A stretch of 64,000 bases of DNA, from assembly GCA_963728205.1 (NCBI GenBank), contig CAVSIV010000006.1, positions 1,312,001 to 1,376,000 of the forward strand. The letters run 5' to 3'. The notes under the pieces are model-generated. The model was not told the DNA's origin, did no database searches, and saw only the letters and a program-made list of their open reading frames with translations. The position numbers and the translations under genes are program-made. This DNA comes from an uncultured Chloroflexia bacterium (GTDB taxonomy: Bacteria > Chloroflexota > Dehalococcoidia > UBA2979). Shown one piece after another: positions 58,578-64,000 of this stretch (position 1 is the stretch's first letter; the number at the start of each line of letters is the position of its first letter).

Positions 58578-59915
58578 TCAGTCTCCCGCGCTCGCCGGCG
58601 CCGGCCGCGCCTCGGCCGCGCCTGTCGTCGCGCGCCGCAACGCCGGCCACGCCACCAGCAGCGCACCCACCACCGCCACCTGCGTCACCGCCAGCACGGG
58701 GTACAGCACGCGCAGCGACACCAGCTCGCCGGCGGCGGCGAGCGGGAACGTGACGAACTGCGCGAGGCCCTGGTTGAGCATCAGGATGCTGAACACGCGC
58801 CCGCGCACCTCGTTCGGCACGAGGTGCTGCAACAGCGTGATGGCGGCGACGTTCGTGCTCGCGATGCCCGCGCCGAGCCCGATGTTGCCGATCACCGCGG
58901 TGGGCACGGTCGCGACCGAGAACACGACGAACGAGAGCGCGAACCCGATCGCCCCGAGCGCGAGCACGCGGCCCCAGCGCTCGATGCGCATCGCGCGGCG
59001 CGCGAGCAGCGCCGAGGCGACGAAGGCGCCGGCGCCCCAGCCCATCGCGACCCAGCCGAAGTCGCGCACGGGGACGCCGACGACGGTGGTGATCCACGTC
59101 GGCCCGAGGTTCGCGACGGCGGGCTGGCCGAGCCCGGAGACGAGCAGCGTGACGGTGATGACGCCGAGCACGAGCCCGTGCCCGCGCGCGTAGGCGAACC
59201 CGGAGCGGACGTCGGCGGCAGTGTTGCCGAGGATGCCGGCGATGCCGGCCGACCGGCGGGGGACCGCGGCCGCCTCGCCGACGTCGCGGGCGCGCGGCGA
59301 GGCGTAGCGCATCGCGAGCAGCGCGGCGACGACGACGACGTTGCCGGCGACGGTGATCGCGTACGCGCCGCTGAACCCGAGCGCGTCCACGACGAAGCCG
59401 GAGGCGAAGAGCGAGAGCGGCAGCGAGACCTGCCCGCCGGCGCTGTTCAGCGAGAAGCCGGCGGGGGCGAGCTGCGGGCCGAGGACGTCGGGGACCATCG
59501 CCTGGCGCGTGGGGGTGTCGACGGCGCTGAAGGCGGCGGCGACGAACGTGAGCGCGAAGAAGGCGGCGAGCGTGGGCAGATCGGCGCGGCCGCGGATCAT
59601 CACAGCGGCGATCCCGAGGTTGACGGCGACGGCGCACGCCTGGCTGGCGAGGAGCAGGCGGCGGCGGTCGAAGCGGTCCGCGAGCGCGCCCCCGATGAGC
59701 CCGAACGGCAGCGCGCCGGCGCCGCGCACGGCGGCGAGCGCGCCCACCAGCAGCACGCGGGTGTCCGCGGGCGCGACGTGCTGGATCCAGAAGATCTGCG
59801 TGACGAAGCGCATCGGCATCATCGCCTGCCCGGCGACGACGGCGAGGAAGAGCAGGCGGTAGTCGCGCACGCTCAGGGGCGACGTGGGAGCGTGGCCGTC
59901 GGGTGCGCGCGACAT
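58578..59915 (-). CDS. MFS transporter
   Basis: GGALADRFDRRRLL motif A, PTRQAMVPD, VRGRVFS, ~12 hydrophobic segments. Confidence 0.92.
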   Translation of the reverse strand: MSRAPDGHAPTSPLSVRDYRLLFLAVVAGQAMMPMRFVTQIFWIQHVAPADTRVLLVGALAAVRGAGALPFGLIGGALADRFDRRRLLLASQACAVAVNLGIAAVMIRGRADLPTLAAFFALTFVAAAFSAVDTPTRQAMVPDVLGPQLAPAGFSLNSAGGQVSLPLSLFASGFVVDALGFSGAYAITVAGNVVVVAALLAMRYASPRARDVGEAAAVPRRSAGIAGILGNTAADVRSGFAYARGHGLVLGVITVTLLVSGLGQPAVANLGPTWITTVVGVPVRDFGWVAMGWGAGAFVASALLARRAMRIERWGRVLALGAIGFALSFVVFSVATVPTAVIGNIGLGAGIASTNVAAITLLQHLVPNEVRGRVFSILMLNQGLAQFVTFPLAAAGELVSLRVLYPVLAVTQVAVVGALLVAWPALRRATTGAAEARPAPASAGD

Positions 59916-60095
59916 GCGCGGGAGCATAGCGCCGCCGCCCCCGGCGAACCGTCCGGGCAACACCCACTCGCGCGGGAGCCGAGACGGCCGCCGCCCGGCC
60001 CGGACCGGGCGCGGGGTCGCAACCTCATTTTCCAGTCTGATAGGGTCGCGCGCGACCGCCGGAGAGTCACCTTGACCGGGAGAGCGATCCGCCAC

Positions 60096-61127
60096 GTGAC
60101 GACGCGACTGTCCCTCACGCGCGACCAGATCCTCGCGCACCGGCGACGCGCGCAGGCGCTCGATGCGCGGCTTCCGCCGGGCGCCGGCTCGCTGCGCCGC
60201 GCGGCGTGGGCGGGGCTGCAGGACAGCATGCCGCGCGCCGCGCTGCTCTCGATCCACGCCCGCGTCGAGGGCGCCGGCCCGTCGGCATGGGAGCACGCGT
60301 CGCTCGTCCAGCTCTGGGGGCCGCGCTTCAACGCGTACGTCGTCGCGGCGCGCGACCGCGCGGCGTTCTCGCTGGGGCGGCTGCCCGACGACGCCCGCGG
60401 CCGGCGGCGGGCGGAGGACGTCGCCGCGCGCCTGCACGCGTTCCTCGACGGCCGCCGCATGGCGTACGGCGAGGCGGGACGCGGGGTCGGCGTGCATCCC
60501 AACGCGCTGCGCTACGCGGCGCCCACGGGGACCGTCCTCATCCGCTGGGACGGCGCGCGACTGCCCGAGGTCTGGACGGCGCCGGCGCCGGAGATCGACT
60601 CCCGCGAGGCGCGCCTCGAGCTCGCGCGCCGCTACCTGCACCTCTTCGGGCCGACGACGCCCGCGGCGTTCCGCCGGTGGGCCGGCATCGGCCAGGCGCA
60701 GGCGCGCGAGGCGTTCGTCGCGCTCGGCGACGCGCTCCTGCCGGCGGCGACGCCGATCGGCGAGGGGTGGATCCTCGCTGCCGACGAGCCGTCGTTCCGT
60801 GCCGCCGCGGCGCCGGCGGCGGGCGCGCGGCTCCTCCCGAGCGGCGACGCGTACTTCCTCCTCCACGGCGCCGATCGCGAGCTGCTGGTGCCCGACGCGG
60901 CGCGGCGCGGCGAGCTCTGGACGCCGCGCGTGTGGCCGGGTGCGCTGCTCGTCGACGGCGAGATCGCCGGGACGTGGCGGCGGGCGAACGCGGACATGAC
61001 GGTTCACACGTGGCGCCGGCTGTCGCCGGAGCAGCGCGAGGCGGTCGAGGCGGAGGCGGCGTCGCTGCCGTTGCCGGGCGTCGAGGGTCCGGTGAGCGTG
61101 ACGTGGGTCGACGCAGCGCGCGCATAG
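60096..61127 (+). CDS. AlkZ/YcaQ-like winged-helix DNA glycosylase (HTH_42)
   Basis: LQDS, ELARRYLHLFGPTT, ARLLPSGDAY, LLVDGEIAGTWRR. Confidence 0.85.
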   Translation: MTTRLSLTRDQILAHRRRAQALDARLPPGAGSLRRAAWAGLQDSMPRAALLSIHARVEGAGPSAWEHASLVQLWGPRFNAYVVAARDRAAFSLGRLPDDARGRRRAEDVAARLHAFLDGRRMAYGEAGRGVGVHPNALRYAAPTGTVLIRWDGARLPEVWTAPAPEIDSREARLELARRYLHLFGPTTPAAFRRWAGIGQAQAREAFVALGDALLPAATPIGEGWILAADEPSFRAAAAPAAGARLLPSGDAYFLLHGADRELLVPDAARRGELWTPRVWPGALLVDGEIAGTWRRANADMTVHTWRRLSPEQREAVEAEAASLPLPGVEGPVSVTWVDAARA

Positions 61128-61220
61128 CGCGCGCGGGTCGCGCGGTCAGAGTCGGCGCGGTCGGCGTGGGTGCTGGTCATGGTGCGCGTGCCGGGCATGC
61201 GGGGCCCGGCGGTCCCGCAT

Positions 61221-61250
61221 CTGTCGGCGGCATGTCTGCCGCCGCTGTGG
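61221..61250. repeat. REP-like family A single copy
   Basis: CTGTCGGCGGCATGTCTGCCGCCGCTGTGG. Confidence 0.85.
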
Positions 61251-61286
61251 GTGCGGCTGCCCGCGTCCGGCCGGTGGGTGCCCGCG

Positions 61287-62465
61287 TTACCGCGCGGGCA
61301 CCCACTCGGGCAGCGCGTTCTCGGCGAGCTCGCCCGCCGGCGCGAGCGTGGCCACGTGCGTGACGCACGACCCGTCGGCCTTCGCGACGAACAGCCCGTG
61401 CTCGCCGTCGCGCTCACTGACGAACGAGAGCCAGCCGCCGTCGGGTGACCACGAGGGGAACATGTCGCTGTGCGCCTGCGTGCCGGTATCGAGCGGGCGC
61501 GCGTTGCCGCCGTCGGCGTCCGCGACCATGACGGCGAACCGTCCCTCGCCCCCGGCCGGCGCGAACCACGCGAGGTGCGCACCGTCGGGCGACCAGTCCG
61601 GGCGGTTCACGTCGCCGTCGAGCGACCGGACGGCGCCGCCGGCGGCCTCGGCGACCTGACCGTCGTAGGCGACCTGCTTGCCGTCGGGCGACCACGTCGG
61701 GGCGTGCAGCGGCATGCCGGGCGCGTCCATCAGCCGGAGGAAGCCGCTGCCGTCGGGACGGACGACGTCGACCTCCGGGCCGGCCGCGGGGGCCGCGCCG
61801 GGGCGGCGGACGGTGGCGATGAGAGAGCCGTCGGGCGACCAGGTCGGGAAGAGGTGGTCGGACGGGTCCTTGCTGACGGGCTGCTGGTCGGAGCCGTCGG
61901 CGTTCATCACCGACAGCGCGAGGATGCTGTCGCGGGCCGATACGAACGCGACGCGGCTGCCGTCGGGCGCCCACGCCGGGTAGGCGTCGCCACCGGTCGT
62001 GTCCGTGAGCCGACGCTCGGCACCGCCGAGGTCGAGGCGGTCGATGCTCGGGATTGTGGTGCCGCCCTCGCCCGGTCGACCGCGGACGATGAGCACCGAG
62101 GCGCCGGACGGCGACCAGGCCATGTCGAGAATCGTGCCGTGCTCGCTGTCGTCCGAGGCGATCTTCGTGGCGCCGCTGCCGTCCGCGGCGGCGGCGTAGA
62201 TGGCGCCCTCGGCGCGAACGAAGTAGGCGAGGCGGTCGGCGGGGTAGGCGCAGGAAACGTTGTCGGCGGCGGCGGCGGTCGCGGTGGCGGTGGGCGACCC
62301 GGTAGCGGTGCCGGCGGGCGACCCGGCGGCCGGAGGCGTGGTTGGGACGGGCGACGCGGTGCCGGCGACACCGCCGGAGCAGGCGGCGACGACGGCGGCC
62401 ACGGCGGCCACGGCGAGGATCAGCAGGGCGCGCAGCGGGCGGCTGGCGACGGCGAGTGGGTGCAT
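61287..62465 (-). CDS. TolB-like PD40-repeat beta-propeller lipoprotein
   Basis: AAC lipobox, six PxWSPDG-type repeats. Confidence 0.9.
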   Translation of the reverse strand: MHPLAVASRPLRALLILAVAAVAAVVAACSGGVAGTASPVPTTPPAAGSPAGTATGSPTATATAAAADNVSCAYPADRLAYFVRAEGAIYAAAADGSGATKIASDDSEHGTILDMAWSPSGASVLIVRGRPGEGGTTIPSIDRLDLGGAERRLTDTTGGDAYPAWAPDGSRVAFVSARDSILALSVMNADGSDQQPVSKDPSDHLFPTWSPDGSLIATVRRPGAAPAAGPEVDVVRPDGSGFLRLMDAPGMPLHAPTWSPDGKQVAYDGQVAEAAGGAVRSLDGDVNRPDWSPDGAHLAWFAPAGGEGRFAVMVADADGGNARPLDTGTQAHSDMFPSWSPDGGWLSFVSERDGEHGLFVAKADGSCVTHVATLAPAGELAENALPEWVPAR

Positions 62466-62672
62466 GAGCGTCCTCCGGTGCCGGTCGTGCCGGCTGCCTC
62501 CATAGGCGAGCATCGGTGTGGTGCCTCGCGCGAGGGGGACGCGCCTCGCGGGCTGCTGATCACAGAACGATCGCCGGCCGCCGCCAGTTCCCACGGCAGA
62601 GGCCGATCCGGCGCCGACCGATCGCGACCGGCCCCGTCGCGGCGCCGCGCGGATCCGGCGTGCGCCGCGGCC

Positions 62673-62702
62673 CTGTCGGCGGCATGTCTGCCGCCGCTGT
62701 GG
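62673..62702. repeat. REP-like family A single copy
   Basis: CTGTCGGCGGCATGTCTGCCGCCGCTGTGG identical to 61221-61250. Confidence 0.85.
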
Positions 62703-62718
62703 GTGGCGCGGCGCGCCG

Positions 62719-63882
62719 TCACCCGTCGCGCCAGCGTTGCTTGGCCTTCGCGCGGTTCCGCTTGCCGACCTCCTTCGACCAGCGCTTGTGGTCCTGCCGC
62801 GCCTCGGCGCGTTTGCGCGGGTCGTGCTTGCGCTCCTCCAGCGCGGCTTCGCGCTGCAGCTTGCGGTACGACATCAGCCGGTGTTCCTCGAGGGCGCCGT
62901 CATCGATCGCGGCGCGGACGGCGCAGCCGGGCTCGCGCTCGTGCGCGCAGTCGGCGAAGCGGCAGCGCGCGGCGAGCGCGGCGACGTCGTCGTAGACGCG
63001 GTCGACGGCCTCCTCTGCGTCCCACAGCCCGAGCTCGCGAATGCCCGGGGTGTCGATGAGCGCGCCCCCGCCGGGGAGCAGCACGAGGTGGCGCGCGGTG
63101 GTGGTGTGGCGGCCGCGCTGGTCGGCGGCGCGCGCATGGCTGGTGGCGAGCGTGTCGGCGCCGAGCAGCGCGTTGGCGATCGTCGACTTCCCGACGCCGC
63201 TCGCGCCGATCAGCGCGATGGTCCGGCCCGCGGTGGCGTAGGCGCGCAGGGCGTCGACGCCGTCGCCGGTGGCGGCGCTGGTCGCGTGGACGGCGATCGC
63301 CTCGCCGGCGACGCGGCGCACGGCGGTGACGGCGTGCTCGAGATCCGGCTGCAGGTCCGCTTTCGAGAGCACGACGACGGGCCGCGCGCCGCTCTCGTAG
63401 GCGAGGGCGAGCTCGCGGTCGAGTCGCCGCACGCGTCCGTCGGCCTGGATCGCGGTGCGGCGGCGGGCGTCGGCTCCGGCCGCGTCGCCGACGCCGGCGG
63501 GCACGACGACGAAGACGACGTCGACGTTCGCGGCGAGCACCTGCACGCCGCCGCGGAAGCGGCGGAAGGCTGAGGTGCGGTCGAGGACGGCCTCGACGAG
63601 GTCGTGATCCAGCCCGGGGACGGCGCGCAGCGCGACCCAGTCGCCGGTGACGGGCAGCGCCTCGGGGTCGCCGCCGAGCAGCGCGGTCGCCGGCGCAGCG
63701 TGGCGGTCGCCCGTCGGGGTCGCGACGAGCGCGCTGCCGCGATCGACGCGCACGACGCGGCCCGGCGCGAGGCCGGCGATCGCGTGGGGTGCGAAGCGGG
63801 CGGCGACGGCGTCGGTCCAGCCGTACGCCGCGAGCGGGTGGTCGGACGCGGGCCCGGTGGGCTCGCGGTCGGGAAGCGGCAC
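62719..63882 (-). CDS. rsgA: Ribosome small subunit-dependent GTPase A
   Basis: PVTGDWV, LAANVD, SKADL, GASGVGKST, GRHTTT, IDTPGIRE, CRFADCAHEREPGC. Confidence 0.95.
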   Translation of the reverse strand: MPLPDREPTGPASDHPLAAYGWTDAVAARFAPHAIAGLAPGRVVRVDRGSALVATPTGDRHAAPATALLGGDPEALPVTGDWVALRAVPGLDHDLVEAVLDRTSAFRRFRGGVQVLAANVDVVFVVVPAGVGDAAGADARRRTAIQADGRVRRLDRELALAYESGARPVVVLSKADLQPDLEHAVTAVRRVAGEAIAVHATSAATGDGVDALRAYATAGRTIALIGASGVGKSTIANALLGADTLATSHARAADQRGRHTTTARHLVLLPGGGALIDTPGIRELGLWDAEEAVDRVYDDVAALAARCRFADCAHEREPGCAVRAAIDDGALEEHRLMSYRKLQREAALEERKHDPRKRAEARQDHKRWSKEVGKRNRAKAKQRWRDG

Positions 63883-64000
63883 GATGAGTGCTCCTCGGCA
63901 GAGGGCGGCTCGTCGCGTGCCGGCGGACTTCGGGTGACGAGGTCTAGCGGAGGCGGCGCGAGCGAGGGGCCCGGGCGCGTTGACGTGTGACGCGGCGAAC

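Overview
Very GC-rich bacterial chromosomal DNA. The gene content (Tat-lipoprotein family-5 ABC solute-binding paralogues, three CaiB/BaiF CoA-transferases, three acyl-CoA dehydrogenases, PxTG-type surface protein, pbpC/alpha-2-macroglobulin pair) suggests Chloroflexota, probably Dehalococcoidia; this is inference. 1-17 kb is an acyl-CoA/lipid catabolic region, 17-29 kb mixed small genes including an archaeal-type phosphopantetheine adenylyltransferase, 29-41 kb envelope genes, 41-46 kb regulators, and 53-64 kb housekeeping/detox genes ending in rsgA. The main novelty candidate is a visibly lower-GC island at ~46.35-52.8 kb: mobile mystery proteins A/B, a second Fic gene, a ~700-codon reverse transcriptase (YVDD, long helical C-terminus, no room for an upstream ncRNA) hidden by frameshifts, and head-to-head with it a translationally coupled Pol-beta-like nucleotidyltransferase (DUF6932-like) plus unknown partner: a probable uncharacterised defence locus. 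Several REP/MITE-like palindromic repeat families are present, two of them expanded as tandem arrays inside enzyme genes. Many single-base frameshifts, densest in the island, may be long-read consensus errors. No tRNA, rRNA, CRISPR array, integrase or transposase was seen. All family calls are by motif recognition, not database search.
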